From IMG/VR virus record IMGVR_UViG_3300031732_000043, positions 1 through 45,895 of that record: a stretch of 45,895 nucleotides of DNA. One strand, written 5' to 3'. This document shows, piece by piece, positions 27,936 to 37,341 of the stretch; the first letter of the stretch is position 1; every line of letters starts with the position of its first letter. A program made the translations under genes and the position numbers. The DNA comes from a virus (lineage: Duplodnaviria > Caudoviricetes). The notes beneath the pieces are model-generated. The model did no database searches. It was given only the letters and a program-made list of their open reading frames with translations, and had not been told where the DNA came from.

Positions 27936-28661
27936 ATGGAATCACCCAATTTCATGGAAACTTCCGTATCGCTTCGAGGAACGTTCACGTTTCGACTGAA
28001 GGATCCTGATGGCAGCGTGGTGGAACAGCGGGAATTGAACAGCCTGGTGGATGTCGGCAGGCTTCAGATCCTTCGCGTTCTGGGTGATCTACCGGAAGAA
28101 CAAACCGGGATCACCTTCAGCGGGGATGGATCCACCACCGTATTCAATCTAAACCCACCGTATTATCCTGTTTATTCCATATCGAACGTAACTGTGGATG
28201 GGAACGCGCAGGCAGAACACACTGATTTTTCGGTGGATTACTGGAACGGGGAAATCCACTTTGATGCAGCCCCCAGCAATTCCACCGATAACATATCTGT
28301 GGATGTGGAATATATCCAGCATCCGTTCCGATGGCTGGCCGTGGGAACGGATGGATCGGCCATTCAGGATTCCCAGGATGGGCTACTGTCTGAATCGGAA
28401 CGTGTGGAACTGGATCCGAACACGAACAGCGGGGAATACAGCCTGGATGCGGGTGCAGTGGATCTTACTGGCAACTGGTTGTTTGCTGGAAATCAGGCGA
28501 ATGTAACCATCGCTGAAGCCGGGCTATTCGGGATGGCAGGCAGCGAAGCGAACGCGGATTCATCTGAAGATGATATGCTGAACAGAACGGTGGTATCACC
28601 TGCCATCGACAAATCCAGTGGGCAGGAACTGGAAGTGACGTGGACATTATCGATGGGCTGA
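27936..28661 (+). CDS. Minor tail protein with DUF2460-like insert
   Basis: FSGDGSTTVF...DFSVDYWNGEIHFDAAP; IAEAGLF...KSSGQELEVTWTL. Confidence 0.7.
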   Translation: MESPNFMETSVSLRGTFTFRLKDPDGSVVEQRELNSLVDVGRLQILRVLGDLPEEQTGITFSGDGSTTVFNLNPPYYPVYSISNVTVDGNAQAEHTDFSVDYWNGEIHFDAAPSNSTDNISVDVEYIQHPFRWLAVGTDGSAIQDSQDGLLSESERVELDPNTNSGEYSLDAGAVDLTGNWLFAGNQANVTIAEAGLFGMAGSEANADSSEDDMLNRTVVSPAIDKSSGQELEVTWTLSMG

Positions 28662-28676
28662 ACGGGGTTTTGAACC

Positions 28677-30404
28677 ATGCCTGATTACTTTTCCATCGGC
28701 TGGGATGTATCTATCCAACCCGAAGGGGATGTGTCGGATGATGCAATCGAAGTGGTGCTGGAACGAAATGAAGAAGGGAACCAGGCCACGGTAATCCTGG
28801 ATACGTCGGAAACCCCCCACGCACTGGAAGAACAGTATCAGATCCAGATAACGCTGGATGATGGGAACGACAGCGTGGAATTCACCGGCTGGGTGGATAA
28901 CGTAGATGATGATGCACAGAAACCCATCGTGACGGTGGATGCACGTTCGGCCACTGGCGTGATGAAAGATACATCGATGGTGGGGAACGTGGATGAAAAC
29001 ACCATCTTCGAGTTACTGGAAGGAATCCTGGATGAAGGGCCATCCGAAATCCGGGAAATCACGTATGACCCCAGCCCGTATCTGGCCGAATATGGAAACT
29101 TCCAGCGGGACGTGGATTTCGGTGCCATCGATGTATATAAATCGGGTGATGAAACGCTATACCGCGAAGAATTCGAGCAACGGGAAATAGCGAATGAACC
29201 CGTGGAAGTGCAGATCATCTGGGATTCTTATGAAAACACCCATCAGGATTACGTGATGGAAATATACGGGGAAACCGATGCAGGCCAGGAAGTTACAACC
29301 GAAGTGGAACTGCCGCTGGGAAGCGGCGTGAATCAGGTGTTCGATTCGAGGAAGCAGCGACTTTCCTTCGATTCGGCTGATCGGGTGGTGAAAATCTCGG
29401 GAATCCAGACTAACATCCCCGATCAGTTATCCCCTGGAAATGAAGTAATCTTCCGGGCAGATCTGTTCAACTACGTTCGCACTGATTGGTTCTGGAACGT
29501 GGGCAGTAACAGTTCGGTGTATGATGCAGTTCGCACCCTGGTATCCTACCTATCTGCCACTGATCAGCAGAACACCTGGAACTTCTACGTAGATGATCAA
29601 TCAGGCGAACTGTTGCTATACACTGGCGATGAACGCCAGGATTCGAGCGAATTCACGTTCATCGAAGGCCAGAACGTAACGAAACCTGTGGTAACTCGGA
29701 ATTTGGATGGCGTTCGGAACATGGTGAAAGTCCGGGGTGCTGCCGGGATCACCGTGTGGGCATGGGCCTTCAAAGGTGATCTTCGATACAGCACTGAAAG
29801 CCCATTCGATGCTAACACCTCGGTATCCTTCCCCGATGGTGGAACCACGTTCGCTTCCAGCCCGCAGAACGGGGTGAACGACATCGATGAAATAAACATC
29901 CGTGCTGAACAGCTAAAGGGTGCCAGAATCACATCAGTGGCCCAGGCCATCGAAATCGCACAGCGTGGCCTTCAAAACTTCATCCGAACGGCAGTCACCG
30001 GAACAGCCCCCAGGCCAGGAATCCTGGATGTTCATCCGGGTGACATCGCTGAAATCTACTTCCCCAGCCGTGGGATTCCGCAAAAGGTGGATGATAATCG
30101 GTATGAAGTGCAGAAAGTGGCATACCGAGTCACGCCGAACGATGCGAAAACGGAAGTTGATTTCGGTATCCGAAGGCCGAACGTGGCCGATATGATCCGT
30201 TCAGGCGGTGGGATAATGCGAACGGATTTAGATTCAGACATCAATGAATTCGCACAGAACACGCCTGGTGGTGTGGGTGGTGGTGGATCCGGTGATGATG
30301 GCCCCTTCCCGGTTGTGGGAACGCTCGAAAAGCAGAAACGGGATGGAACATGGCAGGTGAAAGGTGAAGATGGAAATCTATACGATAATGTCCGAGTGAT
30401 CTGA
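28677..30404 (+). CDS. Baseplate hub/tail tip protein
   Basis: FTGWVDNV, VRNMVKVRG, VHPGDIAEI and YEVQKVAY motifs of hub proteins. Confidence 0.65.
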   Translation: MPDYFSIGWDVSIQPEGDVSDDAIEVVLERNEEGNQATVILDTSETPHALEEQYQIQITLDDGNDSVEFTGWVDNVDDDAQKPIVTVDARSATGVMKDTSMVGNVDENTIFELLEGILDEGPSEIREITYDPSPYLAEYGNFQRDVDFGAIDVYKSGDETLYREEFEQREIANEPVEVQIIWDSYENTHQDYVMEIYGETDAGQEVTTEVELPLGSGVNQVFDSRKQRLSFDSADRVVKISGIQTNIPDQLSPGNEVIFRADLFNYVRTDWFWNVGSNSSVYDAVRTLVSYLSATDQQNTWNFYVDDQSGELLLYTGDERQDSSEFTFIEGQNVTKPVVTRNLDGVRNMVKVRGAAGITVWAWAFKGDLRYSTESPFDANTSVSFPDGGTTFASSPQNGVNDIDEINIRAEQLKGARITSVAQAIEIAQRGLQNFIRTAVTGTAPRPGILDVHPGDIAEIYFPSRGIPQKVDDNRYEVQKVAYRVTPNDAKTEVDFGIRRPNVADMIRSGGGIMRTDLDSDINEFAQNTPGGVGGGGSGDDGPFPVVGTLEKQKRDGTWQVKGEDGNLYDNVRVI

Positions 30405-30683
30405 AACCCACCTGCACGAATCGATCCTAAGGCAGCCAGCAGCCGTTCTGAACGGATTCGTTTCTGAAGGTGCCATCCATAGGGCCACCATCGATTACGC
30501 ACACGAGCATACAGCCGTGGCTTCGAGGAAGCAAATCAGCAGTGAAGGGGATTCCCCGTGGATGGAAGATCCATCCTGGTGGAACGGTGGTTTCCCCCTG
30601 GATCCTGATCGGATCCAGCAGGCACGTGGTTCTTCAGCCTACCAGGATATAGGTGTTCGGGAACTGCTTTGCAGGCTGCGGAA

Positions 30684-30709
30684 GTTAGTTCAGTGTTAGT
30701 TCAGCGTTA
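30684..30709. promoter_or_regulatory. Third iteron cluster upstream of the early region
   Basis: GTTAGTTCAGT-GTTAGTTCAGC-GTTA with 11 bp period, matching the 20339-54 unit. Confidence 0.6.
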
Positions 30710-30784
30710 TGGTGGCAGGGTGGCAGGGAAAGAACTAAGTGACACCCACTGCAACCTTCAGGTAGGAACGAACCACATCCAGAT

Positions 30785-31205
30785 ATGGCCTGGCCAGTTC
30801 GGTGCTACCCCGTGAACATCCCTGGGCTGCACTGAACCAGGCGGGCGAAGCCCCCGAACGGGAACCAGCGGCCACAATACTGGTTTCCCGGCTGTGGTGG
30901 CCTGCCCCGTAAGCACACGGATCACCACAGTCGGCAGCAGTGAACAGGCGGCAGGAACGGGAAGATCACCCTGGCGTGGTGGGAACCCCGATCCAGCAGG
31001 CTTCAGCCCAGGCGAACGGCTGGAACCCCTGGCAGAAACGTGCTGTTCCGAGGGATGGCCAGCAGTTCAGAACCCAGCGGGGGAAGATGGGCCAGAACCG
31101 AGGATCAGGCGTGGAACGGACACATCAGATCCTGCTGGGTGAAAGGCCCAGTGCTATGGAAACCAGCGTAAGGCAGTGTTTTCTTCCCTGGCTGCTGGAA
31201 GTACA
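30785..31205 (+). ncRNA. Candidate large structured non-coding RNA or leader
   Basis: No acidic ORF; multiple G-U-containing helices and GNRA-like loops. Confidence 0.45.
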
Positions 31206-31218
31206 ATGAAACGGGTTA

Positions 31219-31286
31219 CACCGGAAACCCGCCAGGTTTCGGCCTGGTGGGACGGTGGCCTTTGATCCTGGGGCTGATACAGGATC
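31219..31286 (+). ncRNA. Hairpin plus pseudoknot RNA motif, copy A
   Basis: CACCG/CGGTG, CCCGCCAGG/CCTGGTGGG, GCCT/GGGC, GATCCTG/CAGGATC. Confidence 0.75.
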
Positions 31287-31319
31287 CGTTCGCACAAACG
31301 CAATGTGTGCATCAGAACG

Positions 31320-31613
31320 ATGAACGACAGTAGAATCATCGAAACGGTCGAAGTAAAGGTATTCAAGGAAGATCCGGCAGCCTTCGGTGGTGAAGAAACC
31401 CACAGCAGGCCGTGGTGGGCTGATGATGTGGATGGCGATGAACACCCTTACTGGGTGATCGATTTCCTCGAAGCCGGTGGCTGGCTGAAGCACCTGCCGG
31501 AAGCCGAAGTGGGTGAACCAGTGGAAGGTATCACGGTTCACTACAACCCCGAGGAACGGAACGACATCCAGAAAGTGGTGCTGCCGGATGGCAGCGAAGT
31601 TACGGAACGGTGA
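31320..31613 (+). CDS. Hypothetical early protein
   Basis: Acidic ORF; ATG 34 nt after motif copy A. Confidence 0.7.
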   Translation: MNDSRIIETVEVKVFKEDPAAFGGEETHSRPWWADDVDGDEHPYWVIDFLEAGGWLKHLPEAEVGEPVEGITVHYNPEERNDIQKVVLPDGSEVTER

Positions 31614-31912
31614 TCAGCATGATCGAAGAACTTCGAGAACATGATAGCGTGGAATCGGTGGAACAGGCAGAATATGATCCGGCTTACTGGATGGTGGCCG
31701 TGGATAGCCAGGAATCCTTCCGGGATACTTGGATGAAGCAGCCCAGTGGGACCTTCCGGTTCCCCCAGGAAGTAATCGATCAGGTCCAGATGGATCTGGC
31801 CTGGCAGATCGATAAACTCGAATTCCGAGTGTCGGGTGATTACGCTGGCTGTTTCACCCTTCGGCTGGTTCGGGACCCCTCGAAGATCCAGGCGGCACAG
31901 GGTGATCTGTGA
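31610..31912 (+). CDS. Hypothetical protein
   Basis: Acidic, overlap-coupled. Confidence 0.7.
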   Translation: MISMIEELREHDSVESVEQAEYDPAYWMVAVDSQESFRDTWMKQPSGTFRFPQEVIDQVQMDLAWQIDKLEFRVSGDYAGCFTLRLVRDPSKIQAAQGDL

Positions 31913-32292
31913 TGGTGTTCGCTGATAAGGTAATCGAAAGCAGCGGCAGCCCCGATGTATGGATCACCGAGAATCTGAACCAGGATCCAGATGATCGGGC
32001 GGCAGAATCCATTCGGGTGGTGTGGAAACAGATCAGGATGAACATGGGCCTGGTTCGTGTGGTGGCTGTGTCCGTGGATCGTATCCAGGATGGATGCAAA
32101 AGTGGCCGAAGCCATAATATCCCGGAATCAGTTCCCGAGGATCACACCGAGGCACTGGATACCCAGGTGCAGTTAGATCTGCTGGATCGATACACCCGTG
32201 AACAGCGGATGGTGTTCCCCCAGTTCGATCTGGAACGGAACGTGAACCCGGATCCAGTGGATCCCGAGGAAGCCAGGGAAGGTGATGTGTGA
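31909..32292 (+). CDS. Hypothetical protein
   Basis: Acidic, overlap-coupled. Confidence 0.7.
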   Translation: MMVFADKVIESSGSPDVWITENLNQDPDDRAAESIRVVWKQIRMNMGLVRVVAVSVDRIQDGCKSGRSHNIPESVPEDHTEALDTQVQLDLLDRYTREQRMVFPQFDLERNVNPDPVDPEEAREGDV

Positions 32293-32492
32293 TGTCGGTG
32301 AAGTTCACCTGCCCAGACTGCGGGGAAGAACATCCGGCTGGATCCGAGGAACGGATCGGTGAACCGGAAACCACGGTGGCCAGGCGTTCGACTGGCTTCA
32401 GTGGTGGAATTACCAGCCTGAACGATATGAACGGCAGTTTCGCTTACGTGGCGGAACTGCCGTGTGGCCACCGGATCATCACGGTGAACTGA
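32289..32492 (+). CDS. Zn-finger microprotein
   Basis: CPDCG and LPCGH. Confidence 0.65.
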   Translation: MMSVKFTCPDCGEEHPAGSEERIGEPETTVARRSTGFSGGITSLNDMNGSFAYVAELPCGHRIITVN

Positions 32493-32541
32493 TCAGGCGG
32501 GGGCCTGGAACCGGATCCCCCGGTTCAAACCCCACCTTTTC

Positions 32542-32625
32542 CACTGGAATTCCACCGAGGAACCACCTGTATGCAGGTAATTCCTGGTGGAACGGTGCTG
32601 GCTAATCCTGCCAGAAACCAGGATT
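32542..32625 (+). ncRNA. Hairpin plus pseudoknot RNA motif, copy B
   Basis: CACTG/CGGTG, TCCACC/GGTGGA extended stem, CTGG/CCAG, AATCCTG/CAGGATT. Confidence 0.75.
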
Positions 32626-32666
32626 CGATGGCTGCCACGATACGGCAGCACCGAGGTAATACAACG

Positions 32667-32936
32667 ATGGAAGCGAACGAACTACCCGAACGGATTGAAC
32701 CGGCTGATGAATATCTCGACGTGGGAACCCGATTCCTGGATAATGACTGGGGATCGGAAGCCCAGTGGAACCAATACGAACAGGTCACATCCGTAGTGTA
32801 TCACCATGATAATGCACACGGCGAACGGGTGTTCAGCGTGATCGGTGAAGATGTTCCTGGATGCTTCACGTGGGTGTGCGAATCGGATGTGATGTTCGTG
32901 AACGGTGCTGAATCGGAAGAACGGCTGGTGGCCTGA
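32667..32936 (+). CDS. Hypothetical protein
   Basis: Acidic; GAGGT SD-like motif before ATG 32667. Confidence 0.7.
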   Translation: MEANELPERIEPADEYLDVGTRFLDNDWGSEAQWNQYEQVTSVVYHHDNAHGERVFSVIGEDVPGCFTWVCESDVMFVNGAESEERLVA

Positions 32937-32939
32937 ACC

Positions 32940-33059
32940 ATGAACCAGAACAGATCTGGATTCCACGGGAAGTATCGGGCTGCCTGGAAGAACGGACAGA
33001 CCACCAGCGGCTTCGATGCACGGCTGGTGCTGGAAGAACGGCTGGCGGGTGATCGATGA
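32940..33059 (+). CDS. 39 aa microprotein
   Basis: Manual translation MNQNRSGFHGKYRAAW...; fills the gap and is coupled to the next ORF. Confidence 0.45.
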   Translation: MNQNRSGFHGKYRAAWKNGQTTSGFDARLVLEERLAGDR

Positions 33060-33205
33060 TGGAACCCGAGGAAGCCACCCAGTTCCAGCGGAACATCTTG
33101 TGGCTTGCCCGTGAAATCCGGCAGAAAGATGCAATCGAACAGATTCGGGAAGTGGCCGATCACATCGATTCAATGGATTCCTGGCCTGGTGATCAGGATG
33201 TCTGA
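33059..33205 (+). CDS. 48 aa microprotein
   Basis: Manual translation MEPEEATQFQRNILW...; coupled junctions. Confidence 0.5.
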   Translation: MEPEEATQFQRNILWLAREIRQKDAIEQIREVADHIDSMDSWPGDQDV

Positions 33206-33551
33206 AGATCGGAACATCACGATGCACTGCCACGCTGAACTGGCTGAAACGAACGAACACGGAAACCCGAAAACGTGCAGCACCGAACTAACCGAGGAAG
33301 AACACGGCCAGTTCGTGAAGCAACCTCGGGGTGAAGATCGGTTCGGGACCCGGCTGGAAGATCGGTTCCAGATGGGCTGCATCCGGCTAACCTGCCCCGA
33401 CTGTGAAACGGTGCATCACGCCTGCAATATGTGCCACGATGCACAGGGGCCTAACGGCTGGTATCGGGGTGAATCGACTGGGACGCAGATGGCGTGCGAT
33501 AACTGCAACCAGAAAGAAGCCGCCAGACAGCGGCAGGATCCACATTTCTAA
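33198..33551 (+). CDS. Multi-CxxC zinc-binding protein
   Basis: CPDC, CNMC, CDNC. Confidence 0.65.
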   Translation: MSEDRNITMHCHAELAETNEHGNPKTCSTELTEEEHGQFVKQPRGEDRFGTRLEDRFQMGCIRLTCPDCETVHHACNMCHDAQGPNGWYRGESTGTQMACDNCNQKEAARQRQDPHF

Positions 33552-33553
33552 CG

Positions 33554-33889
33554 ATGAACGACATAGCGAACCACATCCAGCAGATGGATGAACAGGAACT
33601 GTGGGATCAACTGGGCCAGCGAATCCAGCAGGAACACGGTGGCACCGAGGAAGGCGAAACAGTTCTGATCACCCTAACGATCAGCCAGGAACTGTTCGAT
33701 CACGGTGCTGGCCTGGATCAGTGCATCAGTACCGGAATCGCGTGGGGTGTTGATCAGGTTGAAGCATCCAGGGAAAAACTGGAATCGGCCAGCGATGCGA
33801 TTCTGGGATTCCCGAACGATGGCGTGATCCATATCGATCAGATCCGGGAAGAACTGGTTCGGACCCTCGGGGATGATCATGGTGGCTGA
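33554..33889 (+). CDS. Hypothetical protein
   Basis: Acidic ORF. Confidence 0.7.
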   Translation: MNDIANHIQQMDEQELWDQLGQRIQQEHGGTEEGETVLITLTISQELFDHGAGLDQCISTGIAWGVDQVEASREKLESASDAILGFPNDGVIHIDQIREELVRTLGDDHGG

Positions 33890-34103
33890 AGCCACCCTTC
33901 AAATCCCTCGGATCGAAGCCGAACGGGATACGAATGATCATATTCAGATCGATCATCTGCGTGGGGGAACGGTTGCACTGGATACCGATCAGGCGGCGAA
34001 GGTGGCACTGTTCATTCTGGCCACGAACCCGATGCGGGAACCCGGAACCTGCCAGATCTGTGGCCGGCGAAAAGGAACCAGCGGAAATGGGGGGATGCGA
34101 TGA
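33879..34103 (+). CDS. Hypothetical protein with CQIC
   Basis: Overlap-coupled ORF. Confidence 0.55.
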   Translation: MVAEATLQIPRIEAERDTNDHIQIDHLRGGTVALDTDQAAKVALFILATNPMREPGTCQICGRRKGTSGNGGMR

Positions 34104-34222
34104 AGGGCAAAATCCAGAACTGCCTCGGTTGTGATCGGTTGGTGAATCGATTAGTGAACCCGGACCACTGTCCGAACTGCCAGCGGAAATTCAGGCGTGG
34201 GTTCGGTATCGCTGGGCCGTGA
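34100..34222 (+). CDS. 40 aa Zn-finger microprotein
   Basis: MKGKIQNCLGCDRLVNRLVNPDHCPNCQRKFRRGFGIAGP (manual translation). Confidence 0.6.
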   Translation: MKGKIQNCLGCDRLVNRLVNPDHCPNCQRKFRRGFGIAGP

Positions 34223-34242
34223 TCCCCACCGAGGCATATTTC

Positions 34243-34315
34243 AACCGGAAATCCACCAGGTGGTTCCCGTCGCCTGGTGGAACGGTTCGGTTTGAACCTG
34301 GCCGCAATCAGGTTC
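34243..34315 (+). ncRNA. Hairpin plus pseudoknot RNA motif, copy C
   Basis: AACCG/CGGTT, TCCACCAGG/CCTGGTGGA, CGGT/GCCG, GAACCTG/CAGGTTC. Confidence 0.75.
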
Positions 34316-34357
34316 CGACCGGCTGCCGTAAGCAGCAGCGGATTCGAGGAAGGAACT

Positions 34358-35647
34358 ATGGCTAACAAGCCAGTGAACCCCGATAACTGGGATTCGTATG
34401 CCCAGGATGGGGAACGTGAAGTGGTACAGAACAAAGAACGCGGCTGTGGATACCTGAAGGCCGAGAACGCATACATCCGATGTGATCCGGCAGCGTTCAG
34501 CACCGATGGTGTGCTGCCTGGGTTCGTGGCCATCGTGGATGATAACGGGGATCTGCATCCGATTCCGTTCAAAGAATCGCTGCCCCGTGGATACGAATCG
34601 ATTAACGGAACGAACTTCCTGGCAGCAGCGGAAACCGAACGGAACTTCCAGCCGCTGTATCCTGGTGGGCCTGATGCGTCGGAATCCCACCAGGAAGCCC
34701 ATGAATCAGCACTGGAAAATCACGTGGAAGCAGGGCAGTATGATTCCCTCGAAGCCGTTCCACGTTCGGAACTGGCCCGCCATCTGGATCGGATGGCCAC
34801 CGATGGGTTCGACGGCCCCCACTGGGGAAAGATCACGGCAGCGAACAGCCAGGATCTGATGATGCGTGTGGGGAAATCATACTATGATTCCCCCTGGGAT
34901 TACATCGATGAAACGCTGGAACTGGGGCTGAATAAGGGAATTTCGGTTCACTCGAATAAATCCCCGCCAGTGATCCAGCCTGGCAGAACCCGTGCGTGGC
35001 TGATCCACCCCCACGCCTGTGGTGAAGATATGCCGGGGGTGATCGGCTTCAGTTACCTAACCCGAACCATCTTCACCACCGATAACGATGGCGAGGTTCC
35101 GGCCTACGCTGAAGATTACGCTGATGCAGGGAAGATGGATATTGTGGATGTAGGTGAACCGGACCCGAGGGAAGAAGATGAAGATCGGGAAGGGGAAGAT
35201 GTGGCTGAAGGCCATCAAACCCTGGATAACTTCGATCTGGAAGAAGGCAGAACCCCCGGCCACGAACCGGGCAGCAGTGCAGCGGGATCAGCTCTGGAAG
35301 ATGCTGTGGAAGATATGGCTGCCGAAGTGGATGATGTCATTACCAGGGGGGATGTGGTGCCACCCCAGCAGATCGAAGAAATGCAGAAAGCCGAACTGTC
35401 GGAACTGGCTGGCCAGAACTGGCTGAACGTGGATCGGCCACCGGAAGAATATGATGCCATATACGCCTGGAATCAGGGGAAGGAAACAGGCGGTGGCCTG
35501 CTGGGAATCATCGATAACAGGAAGGTGACTGCATCGAATAACTTTTCCTGGAATTCCGAAGAACATCATGGAACCAGTCACGTGGGGCCATACACCGTGG
35601 AAGTTCGTGAACGGGATGGCCAGCGGATGATCCTGGTGGAAAAATGA
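34358..35647 (+). CDS. Large hypothetical protein
   Basis: Likely ATG at 34358; ERGCGYLK and VGKSYYDSPWDYIDE..LGLNKGI; no confident family. Confidence 0.75.
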   Translation: MANKPVNPDNWDSYAQDGEREVVQNKERGCGYLKAENAYIRCDPAAFSTDGVLPGFVAIVDDNGDLHPIPFKESLPRGYESINGTNFLAAAETERNFQPLYPGGPDASESHQEAHESALENHVEAGQYDSLEAVPRSELARHLDRMATDGFDGPHWGKITAANSQDLMMRVGKSYYDSPWDYIDETLELGLNKGISVHSNKSPPVIQPGRTRAWLIHPHACGEDMPGVIGFSYLTRTIFTTDNDGEVPAYAEDYADAGKMDIVDVGEPDPREEDEDREGEDVAEGHQTLDNFDLEEGRTPGHEPGSSAAGSALEDAVEDMAAEVDDVITRGDVVPPQQIEEMQKAELSELAGQNWLNVDRPPEEYDAIYAWNQGKETGGGLLGIIDNRKVTASNNFSWNSEEHHGTSHVGPYTVEVRERDGQRMILVEK

Positions 35648-35787
35648 CTGGCGAAAAGACAGTTCGGATTTTTACTTCGGATCTGAAATCGCTGGCCAGA
35701 TCCAAATCCGTGAAAGCACGGGCTGATGATGGCACCACAGTGCGAATCAGATCACCCCGTGGTGGGCTGGATCCAGATCAGATCTGA
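35644..35787 (+). CDS. 47 aa microprotein
   Basis: Manual translation; ATGA overlap. Confidence 0.45.
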   Translation: MTGEKTVRIFTSDLKSLARSKSVKARADDGTTVRIRSPRGGLDPDQI

Positions 35788-35790
35788 ACC

Positions 35791-35925
35791 ATGCCAGGAA
35801 ATCAGAACGCAGAACTGGCCGATGCTGAACGGCTTTCAGAACAGGCATGGGAATACCATCGGGAACGCCAGTTAAGGGAACTGGGTGTGGATCCTGATGC
35901 ACTGAACGGTGATCAGGATGTCTGA
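35791..35925 (+). CDS. 44 aa microprotein
   Basis: Manual translation; overlaps the PCNA start. Confidence 0.45.
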   Translation: MPGNQNAELADAERLSEQAWEYHRERQLRELGVDPDALNGDQDV

Positions 35926-36712
35926 AGCAGCCCAGGAACCCGAGGAAGGAACCGAACCGATGATGAAGATTATCGCTGAACAGGCACTGCTGGCCGACAT
36001 CGTGGATGCACTGGATCCGCTGGTGCGTGAAGCGAACTTCCAGTGGCTGCCTGGCAGGTTACGAATCTGGGAAGTGGATCCAGCGAACGTGGCCAGCGTT
36101 TACATCGATCTGAACACCGAGGAATCAGATCAGATTCAGCACTATTCCGTGCAGGATGGCGGGTTCAAAAACGGCCTGAAACTGCCCACCCTGGATGATC
36201 TGCTGGGATACGCTGATGCTGATGATCTGGTTCAGATCGAATTCAGCGAATCCCATAACTGGCGGTATCACTTCGATTTCCCCCAGGCTGAAGCAGATGT
36301 GGGCGGGATCGACCCCGATTCGATGCGAAGTCCACCGGATCGGCCATCATTAGACTGGCCAGCCCAGTTCACCCTATCCGGGGAATCGTTCAAAGATGCA
36401 GTGGATCTGAACGATATGTTCAGTGATCACCACACCATCCGTGCAGGCGACGGCCAGGTGCAGTTCGTGGCTGAAGGGGATACGGATGGTGGAACCTTCA
36501 CCCTCGAAGAAGGGGATGGTGAACTGGAATTCCACCAGCACCCAGATTCCGTGCAGCAAGCGATGTTCAGTCTGGATTATATGGGTGACATATCGAAGCC
36601 GCTGAAGAACGTGGATCAGATCACGATGCACGTTTCGGATAATCACCCGGTGCTGATCGAAGCCGGTCTATTCGAGTATATCCTGGCCCCACGGATCGAT
36701 AACAGCCTGTAA
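35918..36712 (+). CDS. pcn: Archaeal PCNA sliding clamp
   Basis: VDPANVASV, IDPDSMRSPPDRPSLD, AEGDTD, MFSLDYM and YILAPRI motifs. Confidence 0.93.
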   Translation: MSEAAQEPEEGTEPMMKIIAEQALLADIVDALDPLVREANFQWLPGRLRIWEVDPANVASVYIDLNTEESDQIQHYSVQDGGFKNGLKLPTLDDLLGYADADDLVQIEFSESHNWRYHFDFPQAEADVGGIDPDSMRSPPDRPSLDWPAQFTLSGESFKDAVDLNDMFSDHHTIRAGDGQVQFVAEGDTDGGTFTLEEGDGELEFHQHPDSVQQAMFSLDYMGDISKPLKNVDQITMHVSDNHPVLIEAGLFEYILAPRIDNSL

Positions 36713-36763
36713 TCGATCCTCGAAGGGGCTGGCCTTCTTCTGTATCGTGACATACGGTTTATA

Positions 36764-36835
36764 AACCGGAAATCCATCAGGTGGCAGCGGCTGCCTGGTG
36801 GAACGGTTCGGCAGCATCTGGCCGAAATCAGATGT
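36764..36835 (+). ncRNA. Hairpin plus pseudoknot RNA motif, copy D
   Basis: AACCG/CGGTT, TCCATCAGG/CCTGGTGGA, CGGC/GCCG, GCATCTG/CAGATGT. Confidence 0.75.
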
Positions 36836-36842
36836 GCTGGCG

Positions 36843-37085
36843 ATGTTCAACAGCAAGCAGAACGCACTGGAACACCGTGATACGGTAATTTCAGTTCTGT
36901 CCGATGCGTTCGGTGAAGATCTGGCCTGGCACACCCATCCCGTGCTGGATGGGTGCGTGGTTCGGATCCCCGAACAGGTGGAACAGGAAGCGAAAGAAGC
37001 CTTCGAGGAAGCCGGATTTCCCATCACAGATCAGGGCAAATCTGGCGACTGGAAGGAACTGAAGGTAAATCCAAAGCATGACTGA
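36843..37085 (+). CDS. Hypothetical protein
   Basis: ATG at 36843, just after motif copy D. Confidence 0.65.
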   Translation: MFNSKQNALEHRDTVISVLSDAFGEDLAWHTHPVLDGCVVRIPEQVEQEAKEAFEEAGFPITDQGKSGDWKELKVNPKHD

Positions 37086-37341
37086 AGAAAACGAAAGCGA
37101 ACACGTGAAGCGAACGGATGAAGGTGCATCGATCCAGGCCGAAATCACCCGAGGAACGGGAACCCGTGATCAGGAAAAATGGCGAATCAAAGGGAAGGGT
37201 GAAACGGCAGTTCAGGCCATCGAAGAATTCAGACAGTCGTATCGGGATGTGATCGGTGAAGATCCTGCTGGATCCCTGGCCGAACACGCCAGGCAGTTCG
37301 ATCCCCAGCGGGATCAGGACGGTGATGAAGATGGAAACTGA
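37078..37341 (+). CDS. Conserved haloarchaeal virus/plasmid protein (DUF7389-like)
   Basis: RTDEGASI...TRGTGTRDQEK motif. Confidence 0.6.
   Translation: MTEENESEHVKRTDEGASIQAEITRGTGTRDQEKWRIKGKGETAVQAIEEFRQSYRDVIGEDPAGSLAEHARQFDPQRDQDGDEDGN

Noticed and set aside
26254-30404. Diversity-generating retroelement or invertible tail-fibre system
   Set aside because: No reverse transcriptase, recombinase or template/variable repeat pair was seen.
34277-34357. N-terminal MERFG extensions of ORFs 34277, 36798 and 40871 as a shared peptide
   Set aside because: Artefact of GTG starts inside the repeated RNA motif; downstream ATGs (34358, 36843, 40931) are better starts.
36758-36765. TTTATAAA as a shared TATA box defining the repeats as promoters
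   Set aside because: Present only at copy D and directly abutting the stem; the other copies lack it, so it does not explain the covarying structure.
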